Shown in pieces: positions 37,791-53,453 of a stretch of DNA of 64,000 nucleotides. Where the stretch lies: assembly GCF_006345805.1 (NCBI RefSeq), contig NC_043004.1, forward strand, positions 47,430,001 through 47,494,000, given 5' to 3'. This stretch comes from Octopus sinensis. Taxonomy: Eukaryota. The notes under the pieces were generated by a model. It was not told the origin of the DNA and did no database searches. It saw only the letters and a list, made by a program, of their open reading frames with translations. Numbering within the stretch: the first letter of the stretch is position 1; each line of letters starts with the position of its first letter. Position numbers and translations under genes: made by a program.

Positions 37791-40054
37791 TATACATACA
37801 AATACACATAATTGGATACATAGATACATACATACATACATAGAAACAAAGAAAGAAAGATAGATAGACAGACAGACAGACAGATAGATGCACAAGCATT
37901 GTGTTTATTCAGATACCTTGTAAGTACAAATTGATAGCAATATCTGATTGAAATACATACTTTACACGAAAAACATATATATTGCTAGTTTCACGTCTTC
38001 ATATCGTCAACCAGGGGAATTTATCTACCTTGCTTTTGAAACACACACGCTTTTATTTGAGTTTCATTGTTCAATATGTTGGCCCTCACTATGTTTCTTT
38101 GGTGAGTGCCGTTTATGTGTTGCAAATGACATAAAATATCACCCTGTTATCAAAGTTATTTTATATCGATTGGTTGCATGTTGTATATATGTGGTGATCT
38201 AATAAATTATTATTACTATATAATTTACTTGCTTTAAAAATCTTCAATCCGTTATGTTCAAACCTTTGCTCCTTCGGATTCTACATGTGCTTACTATATT
38301 TACTGCAGGTTCTCCTATCAATTTATTTGAAATATAAATGTGGCAAAAATGATTTTCCTCGAATTTTTTCAGTATATATTATTTTTCCTCTGTCTTAGAT
38401 GATGTAGTATGTTAGAAGTTTTCAATTTCATGAACTTTTGGCTTAATATCGTATTTTAATATGGTGCATTTGGGTTAGCTTTTCTGCTAAGACATTTGTG
38501 TGTGTATATGTAACAGCTTTATGCAAGATGAAGGCCTTTCTACTGAAGGCGCAGCTATAGATAAATTTAAGACAGCTTCTGTTGAGCCTTCTCTTATTAT
38601 ATAAATGTTTCTTAGTGATAAAATAGCTCTCATGCAACTATATTTTGTTTTTCGCTACACCGAAACCGTTTAAGTAAACTTTAGCATTGATTTAGCTAAG
38701 AGAAAGCAATATTTCTTATTTCTAGACCTATATGTATGTCCTTGTACGTCAATGTAATTCACAATTCTGTGATTCCTTAAACGCCTTTTATGTATTTATC
38801 GATCTTTGTTAAACTGACTTTGGTGGGATTGAAATCTTTAAGTACAGGCAGAAAATTATTGCACTCTATTAATCATGCATTTCCAGCACCTATTAACAGG
38901 TACAGGTTAACGTGAAACATTGCAAGGTAACAATAAAATACGTCGTATATTCCGTTAGTCAGCATTATTTGAGCAGGAGTATTAAAGACGTGAGTCAATG
39001 TAGAACCGTATTAACAAATATGTTTTATTCTCCCGTTGCTGTATGGTTCTTCAGTCTAAGGGGAAGTTTTACGGAAGGTACATGACATGAGATATATTTT
39101 CTCACGTGACAAGCCCTTATTTTCAGAATTACAACTGGATTACGTTTTGAGCTTTTAATTTATAAATATGCACTTAGGCATTTATAGGAGATTAAACCAG
39201 TACCATATAGGGTCACTCAAACACATGAGTAATATCAACTTGAACCGACATTCTTTCAGTTGTTTTTTTGTTTTTCTGTTAGATTGAATGTTGTGATTAA
39301 ATGAAAAAAATTGTTTGTTATCCCTAACGTATCCAATAGGCTCTCATTACTTTGCATTTTATTATATAGAAGATACATCGGTAGACACGTAAGTACGTAA
39401 TATCAGCCTAACTTAACTTCTGATCATTGCATATCACAGTAAACACACTAATAACCATTTTTTAAAATTCTCTGAAACAAATATATCCTGGGAATAATCA
39501 GATGCCTGTAAATGATAGAAAAAAGTGATCTGTATGTCGCAATGCAATATTTTATGTGTGCGTCATTACATTAGAAAACTGTAGTTTAATAATAATTCGT
39601 TCATATATCATTAATATCAAATTTTCCAATTTTAAATTTCAGATATGGAGTTTGATTAATATTTAATTAGTAATATTCCTTTCCTTTTATTTTTATCTTC
39701 AATTGCAGTTAATTTAAAATTTCAAATATCTCACTGAAATGAACCTTTTGTATAGTAGTGTTTTACGATATAATTATAGAAGAAAAATGAACCATCACAT
39801 TTTAGTAAAATTCAATTAAGAATTGTAGCGGAAAATATTACATGGCAGGTTTAATAATCAATACAAATATAACTCATTTTACATATTGTACTGAATATTA
39901 CATATTCCATCATCTTATTTCCTGATTTCAAATCTAGTGGAAGCTAAATTTCTATAGCACACATTTAGATATTCCAAACAATCAAACAATTTCTATGTAC
40001 TCCCATTCCTCATCCATTCTTTCTCTTAACTTTCTCAAACTCAATCCTTATACA

Positions 40055-42360
<2,306 letters not shown>

Positions 42361-42884
42361 TTCAATTAAATATGTATTATTTGCCTTACTGACAATAATG
42401 GTAATGATAATAATAAGGCGGCGAACAAGTTTCCACCTTTACAGGTAAAATGTAAACTAAATTCAGATTCAATAGGGTATTTAAATACCACTTGCTATAA
42501 ACAGAGCCAAGAATGAACCACGATCCATGTATATGGGAATCAAGCTTCTTACCACTCAGTCAAACCTTGCATAATTGTATCTCTGTGTGTGGATTTGCAA
42601 TACCATAGAGTGAAATCGTTTTTATTTATTCATAAAAGATTTAACCTATATATTCTTATATATTTTTCAATGCATGTGTGTATTTTTATGCATATAGGTA
42701 TATTTAATAATAAGGAAAAAGTCAGGCACATGCACACACACATACATATATATATATGTATATATATATATGTCTGTGTGCGCATGAATATTTTTTCTTA
42801 TTATCAACTATACTTACATGCATACACATGTATGCACACAACACATAGAAGATATATGATAAAATGTAGATATGTGTTTGTGTG

Positions 42885-42921
<37 letters not shown>

Positions 42922-43586
42922 AGAGCGTATGGCAAATAATAAGCGCAAACTAAGAAGAAATACAAAGATTAATTAACTTTGAATGTAGAAATATAGATAG
43001 ACTACCTCTCAGCGAACTATAATAATTATATCGCGTTTATAATCACATTCTCTGCGACGAAAATTCATGTAATTTTGGATTGGAAACAAAAGAAAGAATA
43101 TTCTCAGAGATAATATTTTTCAAATGAATAATTAAGTGCATTCGATTTTAAAGAAGCTAGCACAGTATTATCATCAACCTTACTCAAATAATTTGCTTCA
43201 GAGTAAAAAGCTAAAATGATATTAAAATGTGGATGCTCAGAAATTAACGTAAAAGACGCATTAGACATATAGCTGTCGGTCAAATTTGTCTTTCATTTTG
43301 TACATTGCATCACGTTTTGATGATGTTACCCTATCTAAGTAATTTAATGTAATAGGTAAAATATATTAGAGTCAAGCAAATTTTATTTTATTCGGCGTCG
43401 ATTGTGGGACTGACAAAATGGTTACTGCTTTGTATAGAAGAAAATGCCTTCTCTGAGCGGCATATTTCTTTCAAATGATTGTCATTAAAATACAATGATT
43501 AACCATGAAACTATAATTTGATTCAAAGGTATCAAAGGTTTAAACTTCCTGAGATTTTTTGTTCACATTTTTTATGTTTTCTTTCA

Positions 43587-43980
43587 TCCTTATATATAAA
43601 AGTCAAGTTGTGTGTCTGTCTCCTTCGATTTAGATTCCTAACTACTCCCACATTTTGCGGTGCAGTTTAACCAAAACCGGGTATCTTTTAGTCGTGATTC
43701 ATATCGAGCTTTTCTGGGTATTAGCGCGGGTATACGATGAGTCTACGATTTTTAAAAATTACCATCATTTGTTTTCCATTTTAATGCATTTTTTTCGCTA
43801 TTATATAAGGGAAGTAACTCTCTAAAAATGTCTACGATGAGTCAACGATTCAAAAAAAAATTACCATCATTTTTTTCCATTTTTAATGCAATTTTTGCTA
43901 TTTTTTGGCTATAACTCTCTAAAAATGCTTATATAGTTATTTCCCTTACAAACCCGAGCAACGCCGGGCGATACGGCTAG
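43587..43980 (+). mobile_element. Non-autonomous Helitron with an internal 2 x approximately 97 bp tandem
   Basis: A|TCCTTATATATAAAAG 5' end; subterminal hairpin CCCGAGCAACGCCGGG; CTAG|T 3' end; tandem units about 43734-43830 and 43831-43927. Confidence 0.85.
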
Positions 43981-46429
43981 TATGATATAAATTTTAAAAT
44001 ACAGAATTTAGAATTCCTCATTTTCAAATTTTCATATATTACAAGTGTCAAATAAATATATATTCGATTAACATAATCAAATATGAATAATCATTCTAAT
44101 ACTTGTTATACATTTTTCTAGTATTTGCAATCGATCAGTCCACCCCTTAAGTCTATTGTTTGTGATTTGGGACATTTTCCTTTAAAACTGTAAATAAATT
44201 CCCATAACTAAATTTTCTTGATATTTGAAATTTCCAATGAGAAATTGGTCATGTAGACACTTCGGGAAAATATAGGTTAGCAAAATATTTACACATCTTT
44301 TAGAGGGAGGAGATACAGTAGTTGCGATGATAAGTTCAAATTATGTGAAAAAAAAAGAAAATTCGATACTCCAGACAAGTTGCTTGTTACTTCAGCCAAT
44401 TTTATACTTCAACATCTTAATTCAATCAGCGAGTGTTATGGCATTAATAAATAGAAATGATTGTTGGAAAAAAACTTGTGTATGATAGTATTCAGATGGC
44501 TTTGAAAGAGAACTCATTATCAACTGACTATTATTATTATTTCTGGAGCGTTTGCATTCGCAAATATTTAAGTGTATAAACGCAAGGATTCATACACCCA
44601 AAAATCCCCGTCGGAGAATGAAATGCTATATTTTGAAATTAATATTGTAGTCATTTTAAACCAAGATGATGCAATAGGGAGTGTGTGTTTATAACTTTTA
44701 GTCACAGTGTCTCGTTTCTATGTAATAAAACTATGACTGCAAATTTTTTATTAGTACAGCAATTTAAAACTCTAGCATTCACATATGAGGGACTTTGTAT
44801 TCGTAAAATAGAAAACTACTAAGTTTGAGTATGTAAATTGCAAATAAAATGAGCTTAGCACATATTTTCGAAAATATCAACTAAGCGCTTTTGATAAATA
44901 TTACGTACAACATATTTTAAAGCTGCAGTCGTTACAGTTACGAAAACCAGGTAATTTGGTTTATATTAACAGCAAGATATTAGTTTTATTAATATAAGAC
45001 AAATATTTTTATTAACATTTCCTTTAAAAGTGTTTATTCTTTACGTTTCGTAACGTTGTTTTTAAATTTTACAACTTCACGTTTATATAAAATTGGTTTT
45101 ACAATATATAGATATGAATTTTCTAAATGTGCTATATTTTTCAATCAGCCTATTAATACGCGATAGGAAAAACACTTCTAAAACCGAAAATAATAAATAC
45201 TCTACGACAATGAAAATATTTCAGCATTATTTTATGGCACTATCAATTTTTATTTAACTTATAATCATTGTTATTCCCAATATCATTGCTAACTACTTTA
45301 TAAATTTTATCGTGTCCTATGCAAATAAAACTGATTAATTTAGTAGTTTATTTATCTCGCAAGCGCTAGGGAAGTATATATTTATGGATTACCTGATTTA
45401 TATTGTATGTACAAAAGAAAGTGTGAGCTTACCTATTTGTTAGAGTGACATGCATATATGTAATTCATGACACTTTTCAAAATGCCTTTGCGAAACTAAT
45501 GGCTCGGTTAAACGTAGAAGTAACACGTTAATACCCCACTAAATATAGGAATTTTTTACTCCAAAGCAACGGATATAATTTATTCACTCACTGCTTCCCC
45601 TGAAATGTTGCTTTTAATCATGATACTCTCTACATCAGCGATAAACAAACATTAATCCATCATTAGCTTTGAAATATAACAAAGATATTATGAATATTAC
45701 AGTACATCACTGCCTACCTATAAGCGATATCTAATTAAGAAAAAAAAATATTATTTCATTAAGATCAATGTGTCACTGCCGCACAAAAAAGCACATATTT
45801 CAATCTATAGTTTTATCTATTTCTCATCTGACATAATGTCGATAATTACGTTCACATGATTCAGCATGTATAGGTGAGAAAAGATATGAGGAGTAACTCA
45901 AAATATGTTAGATTTTGATATATTCTCATAGACATAATAAATATGTAAAACGAAATAGCATTTCCTGCAATGTCGTTACTTCGGTGCTACAGCATGGCCG
46001 CAGTCAAATGACTGAAACAAGTAAAAGATTAAAAGAGTAAGAGTATTCACCTTTTGTCTCACCTTGTCTCACGCTTTGTCCACAATGAATTATTAAAATT
46101 ATGATTTCTTCCTTTAAGCTCCAGTGTAATTTCAGTTATTTATTAAATGCGTCAACGTCTCCTTTCTTCCGTCTTCTGCTTGTAAATATTCTAAGATATA
46201 TATACTAATGCTGCAAAAGAAACTCAGCGCGGCAGCTGGAAAGACATTCACATATTTTAATATACTAGGGAAAGATAATGGCGTGCTGTTTTATTACTAT
46301 AGCATTGAAGGCTGAGTTGTTGAGATTACCATGCTTTTTGTATAGAGGGAGTTCAATGTGTTTTAAGATACATTCTGGCTACGTTTCTTAACTAGCTATA
46401 TATCTTATGTTTAATGGTATATAAAAAAA

Positions 46430-46663
46430 GGCGGCGAGCTGGCAGAAACGTTAGCACGCCGGGCGAAATGCGTAGCCGTATTTCGTCTGCCGTTACGTTC
46501 TGTGTTCAAATTCCGCCGATGTAGACTTTGCCTTTCATCCTTTCGGGGTCGATAAATTAAGTACCAGTTATGCACTGGAGTCGATGTAATCGACTTAATC
46601 CGTTTGTCTGTCCTTGTTTGTCCCCTCTGTGTTTATCCCCTTGTGGGTAGTAAAGAAATAGGT
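46430..46663 (+). mobile_element. SINE family A, full copy
   Basis: High similarity to 22097-22330. Confidence 0.9.
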
Positions 46664-48509
46664 ATATGAATAAATATATCTATTGCCTTTCTAGTAATTA
46701 ATTAACTGTGAAAGATTAAGTTTTAGTAAAGTAAGCGCGTTTATCAACGTTAGCGTAACATTAACAGAAATCGCCAACAGTCATAGTGCCAAAGCCCTGA
46801 ACTAGCCATTACACTTATCCCATGTTTGGTAGAATATCGGCCGTCTGGAATTCTCTCTTTGCTCAAGGTTTTACACAGAATCTAACTTTTAAAGGATAAA
46901 GAGGAGCAATAATGCCATCAGACTCACTAATAAAGGAGAGCCTGCAAAAGCCATTGGCATTGCCCTTTCCACCAGGTGCAGCAAAGACAAAGTACAACTA
47001 TACTTATAAAAGGCTTTCTACTTTGGCATTATGAACTATTGGTGATTAGTAATAAGTTCTGGGGTATCAAAAAATGCAAGTCTTGTTACATTCTACAGAG
47101 GTCCACTGAAAATCTTTTCTTCACATCGTGTCTGATAAATACATTATAAGTTAGGTACATTCCTTATGTTGTTGTAAGTAAATAAATATTATATACGTTG
47201 TGAAGATTTCAAGTGTGAGATCTATCATTCCTAAGTTTTACTTAATCTTATCTCTTACGACAGTTGAAATTTTAAAATTGTTATGATGTTATAGAATATA
47301 TGATGTTTGATAAGATGTGTGATGTATAATCATTCACATCGCCGCTAAGAAGAGTAGGAGTGATCTATGAATAATATTTGGTTAATGTCATTTGAATTGT
47401 TTTTCTTTTGCTTTTTCTTTAAATAGCGTGATACGTATAAAAAAATTGTATTTTGTCATGATCATCGCATTCCTCCGCGACCAGTTCGAACTTAGTTATA
47501 ATAGGGAATTCTACTGAGTCGATATTTTTAGGTGAAATAAGTGTCGTAACGTGTGAGCACTGACCTGACAGGAATAAAATCATATATATTTAATGTTAGC
47601 ATAATTACACCAATAAATGACCACTTACTAGGTAGATATTTATATGATACAATAGACCAGACTTAAGTAAATGCTTCACAATTTCCTACCTACATGTAGA
47701 ATATCATGTTACATGTGACAGTGAACTGTTTATAGAAAATATATCATTCATTAGCTAAACTTGATCCTCAAAATACAGGTAAATATAATAGCTAAAATTA
47801 AATTTCTTATGGGGTATCTGATAGAGCTCAATACCAGTCTACTTCATAAGCTACAGAAATCTGGTTTGGGGTGTTATGTAAGCATTGATATTTCATTTAT
47901 ATATAAAACCTATTGTTTTAATACTGAAAGTATTGTGAGGTACAGTTGTCCTGCTCATTCCAAGTACAATAAATATTACTGTAATGCCATTCCCGTAACT
48001 GTATTCGAAATTGAAAGGTAAAAAATTGCAATCGTAAAACTAATATTAGAGTATTTCAACTGAAACAAAATGAAAGCATATATTTAAAACTAATTTATTT
48101 TCTACATTTCTTTATTAAATTATTTTCACATGTTTATCATGAATATGTTTACAATATATTTGACTAAATTATTAAACAAGATAAAATATTATATTCAACA
48201 TACCGGAAATTATTTGTATGTTACTAAAGAGACAATTTTGTATATAATTCATTGTTCTCTTTTAAACTTTAATAAATATTTTACTATATATGTATTAGGT
48301 TGTATGTCGTACAGAAATTATTAGTAAATCAAATTTCAATTAAAGAAAATAAGGAAAGATGCTAATTGCTTTAATTGGAATAGACAATCGATAGCAGAGT
48401 ATCGTAAGTTATTTTGCATATTGTAATTAATTCTGATCATCATAACTGCCATATGTCGTTAGGTATTTCAAAGCCTGATATATATGTGGATAAATAGATA
48501 GATAGATAT

Positions 48510-48557
<48 letters not shown>

Positions 48558-48660
48558 GTTTCGTTATTGGCCACACAGGGCTGCACACAGATGGGACAAG
48601 TTACAAGTTAGAGCTTTTCTTTTGGGGGATGAAGAAAACAAAAAACAAAGGAAAAAAAAG

Positions 48661-48691
<31 letters not shown>

Positions 48692-48756
48692 GATAGGTAC
48701 CTCTAAACGGATATCTATATAACATCTATCCTTCTACCTACATCTATGTGTGTGAG

Positions 48757-49788
48757 TATTGGGTCATTCCATAAGTAATGCTGTTTTCTATACTTTTATT
48801 TTTCGAAATAAAGATAAACAAAATTCATTTTTAATCAAAAATATACTCTTCTTAATTTTCTACAATGTACTTCCATCTATTTGGTAGACTTGCAAGCCCC
48901 TATTCCAAAATTCACTTGTCGATCACGAAAAATACTCCACCAGTACTGTTGTGACCTTGTCTACAGAATTCATATTTTTCCGTCCAAATGATTTTGAAGA
49001 CTGTGGAATATATGATAAACAGATGGGAGAGTTTCAGGCTAATATGGTGGGTGGGACATCGTTTCCCATGAAAATTCACCCAGCCTTCGGCATGTCATCC
49101 TCACTGTATGTGACCGAGCATTATCCTGATGGAAGAACACCCTTCCATCTTGAAAACCAAAGAGGATCATTTTTCTTCAACCGCTGACTTAAGCCGATCA
49201 AGCTGCTAGCAGTATATCTTTCTTGCTATCGTTTAGTTTGGGTTTAAAAGTTCAAAGCGAACTCTACCTTTCATATCCCACTAAAGAGACAACAACACCA
49301 CATGTGGGCAAAAACCTTCTTTAGCCTAAGGTGCCAGAGTATTTTCCTTTTCTTACCCACAGTCTTCGGCGTTTGACGTTTTTATAGAGAACCCATATCA
49401 CGTCACCAGTCACTGCTCGGTCCCAAAACGGTTCAATCATCAAACGTGACAGCAAAGAAGATCGCACATTCATTGTCTGCGCGCGATTAGACTCGGTTAG
49501 TTTGTGAGGAACCCATGGACCCAATTTGCTGAATTTCCCGATGGCAGCAGGTGAAGGTGCATCGTTAGGTTACCAAATCCTAGCTTCTCTGCTATTTCCG
49601 CAACAGCTACGATGTGAATTTTCTTTGCACCAGGACGTTCTCGTCGAGCTTTACCGATATGGTAATAACGGGATTGTTTAGAAATTTCTATCAGCTTTTT
49701 TAGTGATAAATGACATGGTTATTGACCTTGTGTATTTTCGGCATATTTTGGCATTAGAATTTTTTTCTTTTGCCCTTACTTATAAATT

Positions 49789-49790
<2 letters not shown>
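48757..49790 (-). mobile_element. Decayed mariner transposon
   Basis: Minus strand GPWVPHKLTESNR...WDRAVTGDVIWVLYKNVKRRR; TIR-like TATTGGGTCATTCCATAAGTAATG at 48757. Confidence 0.85.
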
Positions 49791-49832
<42 letters not shown>

Positions 49833-49834
<2 letters not shown>

Positions 49835-50166
49835 ATATAGGGTAGCAAAAAATTGAAGAAAAAATTCAAGAAAAATTTTCTGCAACCAGCGGTCAAGTGA
49901 GAAAATAGAAATAGTCACAGACTATATAATATATTCAACAAAATATTAAGGAAAGACCCTTACAGGTTATTCGACTCACTTGAAAAGAGCAGCCAAAACT
50001 CAAACCGCAAAAATAGTAGTAATTCTGAAAGCTAAAGGAGAAATAAATAAACGTTTTTATTTCTCCTTTAGCTTTCAGAATTACTACTATTTTTGCGGTT
50101 TGAGTTTTGGCTGCTCTTTTCAAGTGAGTCGAATGACCTGTAAGGGTCTTTCCTTAATATTTTGTT
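49833..50166 (-). mobile_element. Fold-back PLE-type stub: 111 bp arms (49937-50047 / 50056-50166), 8-nt spacer, in (TA)n
   Basis: Arms differ at one position; one arm extends about 100 bp further to the TA tract. Confidence 0.75.
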
Positions 50167-50476
50167 ATATATACATATATATATATTGGTAGTAGGACAT
50201 TGGATACATAAGCATATATATTAACTTTAAGCTCTTATAGTATATGTAGCAGCTAGAAACTGAAAATATGCAGTGGAGAAAGTAAAACACCGGACGATTC
50301 ATCGAATATCATGGATGAGAGCATTTGTAGCATTTGTTTCATTAACTTCATGAAGCATAATATATTTATAACTATATTACTTGATGTGTACGTCCTTTCT
50401 TAAAATGGTCAGATGGAATTTGAAGTATGTACAGAATTGGGTATTCTATGGTCGTATGTACACGTTTACACATTTG

Positions 50477-50846
50477 TTTTTACTTGTTTCAGTCATTTTG
50501 ACCGCGGCCGTGCTGGAGCACAGCCTTTAGTCGAGTAAATCGACCCCAGGACTTATTCTTTGAAAGCCTAGTACTTATTCTAAGTTACGGGGACGTAAAC
50601 ACACCAGCATCGGTTGTCAAGTTGGCGGCACAAACATATACACACAAACATATACACACACACACATATATATACATATACATATATACGACGGGCTTCT
50701 TTCCGTTTCCATCTGCCAAATCCACTCACAAGGCTTTGGTCGGCCCGAGGCTATAGTACAAGGCACTTGCCCAAGGTGCCACGCAGTGGGACTGAACCCG
50801 GAACCATGTGGTTGGTAAGCAAGCTACTTACCACATAGCCATTCCT
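50477..50846 (-). mobile_element. SINE family B
   Basis: Reverse complement of the 31414-31834 family. Confidence 0.88.
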
Positions 50847-51179
50847 TCATGTTCAAGAAAAAGTTTGCTATCGGACTGCATATTTTGTTCGAAGGATAAA
50901 TGCGTGTTTACACACGCGTAAGCACACACACACACACACATATGACCGAACATATGCGCATACTCACACATGCATTCACACGTACGCACACACATGCATA
51001 TTAGTGAGCGCGCATACACGCAGGCGCATTCACATGAACACTCGCGCGCGTGCGAGCATGCATGATCATACAAGTGCATCATATGCTTTGGGGATTGGTA
51101 AGCATTCGGAATTGGTAATTGGCAGTCCTGCTCATGAGATTGGTTTGTGACGGTGACCTTGATGCAAGTGGTGCACAGT

Positions 51180-51475
51180 AGCGGCTGGTGCTATGGTGGT
51201 ATAGCCGAGTTGTTGGCAGTCAGAGGCTTGGAATTTGGCAGATGGGCATATGTCTGGTGACAGCGATAAGATAAATCATATGTCTTGTTGATGGATACTT
51301 GGGTTGTTGGGGGTTATGCAGTTTTTCGCGGAGGCAGAGCTGGTAGTTGGGGGTGCCGGCTGTATATGGCGGTGCTCTGTCGATAATAGTCCATTGATGC
51401 TGGGTGTTTCGTCTCGGAGCTCACGAAGTCTCCATAGAAAAAAAGACAGGGATGTAGAGTTTTCTCTGTCCCTGG
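51180..51475 (-). mobile_element. PLE ORF C-terminal remnant
   Basis: Minus strand FLWRLRE...TPSI(K)WTIIDRAPPYTAGTPNYQLCLREKLH, resembling the W.I..RA..Y....C.LCL.EK end of Penelope/Poseidon proteins. Confidence 0.6.
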
Positions 51476-51634
51476 ATCTATATATCTATCTATATATTTA
51501 TATATATAATTTAACAATTAAGGATAACTTCTTAATAAGGAATCTTAACAAGAAATTATCAGGTAGATAGCGTGAAAAACCTCATAAGAGAAAAATTTCG
51601 AAAATAATTCTTTCTTATTGAACATATTAATTTT

Positions 51635-51953
51635 TATATATAGAGGGCATTATTATACATACATGCCTCACGCTAAGAGGGACATCAGTCATTTCTACCA
51701 AAATATTTTACTAATCATACCCAATGCAATTTTTCAAAGCAAGACATTTAAAAAATGAATTTAGTCTTGTATCACCTGTGATTTCGTACTTACCGCAGAA
51801 TTGCGACCGTACTCATCAGCAAGACTGATTCTGAATATATCATAAATAAACGACCCAATTGCATTGGGTATGATTAGTAAAATATTTTGGTAGAAATAAC
51901 TGATGTCCCTCTTAGCGTGAGGCATGTATGTATAATAATGTCCTCTATATATA
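51635..51953 (-). mobile_element. Fold-back PLE/retrozyme-like insert: 97 bp arms (51635-51731 / 51857-51953) around a hammerhead
   Basis: Arms match at 95 of 97 positions; TA runs at both ends. Confidence 0.8.
51763..51826 (-). ncRNA. Canonical type I hammerhead ribozyme motif
   Basis: Minus strand: AGTCTTG CTGATGA GTAC GGTCGCAATTCTGCGGTAA GTAC GAAA TCAC AG GTGA TA CAAGACT. All core residues are intact; helix I 7 bp, helix II 4 bp, helix III 4-5 bp, AUA cleavage triplet. Confidence 0.88.
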
Positions 51954-52042
51954 TATAAAAAAAATATATATATATATATATATATATATGCATGGCCTCA
52001 GCCGGATGGCTGAAACAAGTAAAAGAGTAAAAGAGTAAAAGA

Positions 52043-52104
<62 letters not shown>

Positions 52105-52244
52105 ATCCTTGAAAAATGAGTAGGGACGTCTTATTTTTGATAGAGGGGGTATTTTGATAACAGTAAACATTTTTATTAAAATAAAAAATTATCCCCCCGA
52201 CCCTCAAAAGCTTTTTTATTTTTGTTTTTTGATTTATTATTGGT

Positions 52245-53386
52245 GTTGCTTAATATGTTTTGCTAAAATTGCAGTTTCTTTCAGATATCATCAGAAAAAG
52301 GTAATTAAAATTTATTAAAATGACAGATCTATTGGACTTTCAAAGATATCAAATTGTTCCTCGTATTATAGGCACTAGCGTAACGAAAACTGACGAAATA
52401 TTTGTTTTATCAAGAAGTACTGTCTCGAAAATAATGACAACCTTTGAGAAAGAGGAAAAAGCCTCCTCATCGAAACAAAACTTCGGAAGAAGACAAAACT
52501 TTCAGAGAGAGACGGTCGAACTCTTGCAGGAATTTTTAGAAAGGAACACAAAAGTACAACTCTCAAAATTACTGCCGAGCTTGATGGCCACCTCGAGAAC
52601 CTAGTTTCCACAAAAACTATTCCCCGGGAGCTGCCGGATTTTACTGAGGTTGGCTGCAATAAAACAAAACCCACTAATTCAAGAACAAACGTTGCAAAGT
52701 GTTTAGAGTGGGATACAAACCTACACAATTGGTCCCTAGAGCAGTGGTAAAATGTTATTTTCTCGGACGAGTCATTCTGTACCTTATTTCGGACCACCGG
52801 CTGAGTATTCATGTGGAGACAGCCGAAAGTATGATCTGACCGAGACTGCTTTCTTCCAAATGTTAAACATGGAGGAGGATCTGTGATGATCTGGGGTGAG
52901 GTGATTTCCAAGATATATCTTGGAAATCTGCCGGCCCAATGGTTTCCCTCCACGGCAGAATTAATAGTCAATACTATTTAAGCATTTTATCTGATCAAAT
53001 TCATCTTATGGTTGCGGAACTGTTTCTGGAGGGAAATGCAATCTTTTAGGATGATAATGCACCAATTCACACAACTAAGGTTGTTACTAAATGGCACAAG
53101 GAACATTCTAGTGAAGCTGAACATCTTATCTGGCTGCCACAGTCCCCAGATCTCAGTATTATTGAACATTTATTGCGCATTTTGGAAAAACAAATAAGGA
53201 GTCGATATCCTCCGCTATCATCACTACAAAGACTGGAGACTGTTTTAGCTGAAAACAATTCAAACTTTGTACGAGTCCATACCTCGTAGAATTCAAGGTG
53301 TAATTACTGCCAAAGGCGGTCCTACCCGATATTAAAATAAATTTGTTTGAAATTTTATGTTTCCATTATTTTGTCCAACGCCGGGG
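52245..53386 (+). mobile_element. Tc1-type DNA transposon, DD36E (Incomer-like), 5' TIR missing
   Basis: 3' TIR-like TTTCCATTATTTTGTCCAACGCC; transposase remnant inside. Confidence 0.88.
52320..53335 (+). pseudogene. DD36E transposase pseudogene
   Basis: MTDLLDFQRYQIV, SRSTVSKIMT, IFSDES, VKHGGGSVMIWG, DDNAPIH...WLPQSPDLSIIE (36 residues between the second D and E), YESIPRRI..VITAKGGPTRY*; frameshifts and stops. Confidence 0.9.
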
Positions 53387-53410
53387 TATACATCGATGTG
53401 CACACACACA

Positions 53411-53453
<43 letters not shown>

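Noticed and set aside
43734-43927. Repeat-spacer-like tandem units
   Set aside because: Two adjacent 97-bp units inside a Helitron; not a CRISPR array, and the DNA is eukaryotic.
46790-47120. Slightly GC-richer, coding-looking segment
   Set aside because: All frames are interrupted and no motif was recognised.
52270-52300. Minus-strand CTGATGA...GAAAC upstream of the Tc1 ORF
   Set aside because: No helix II or helix I pairing; chance match.
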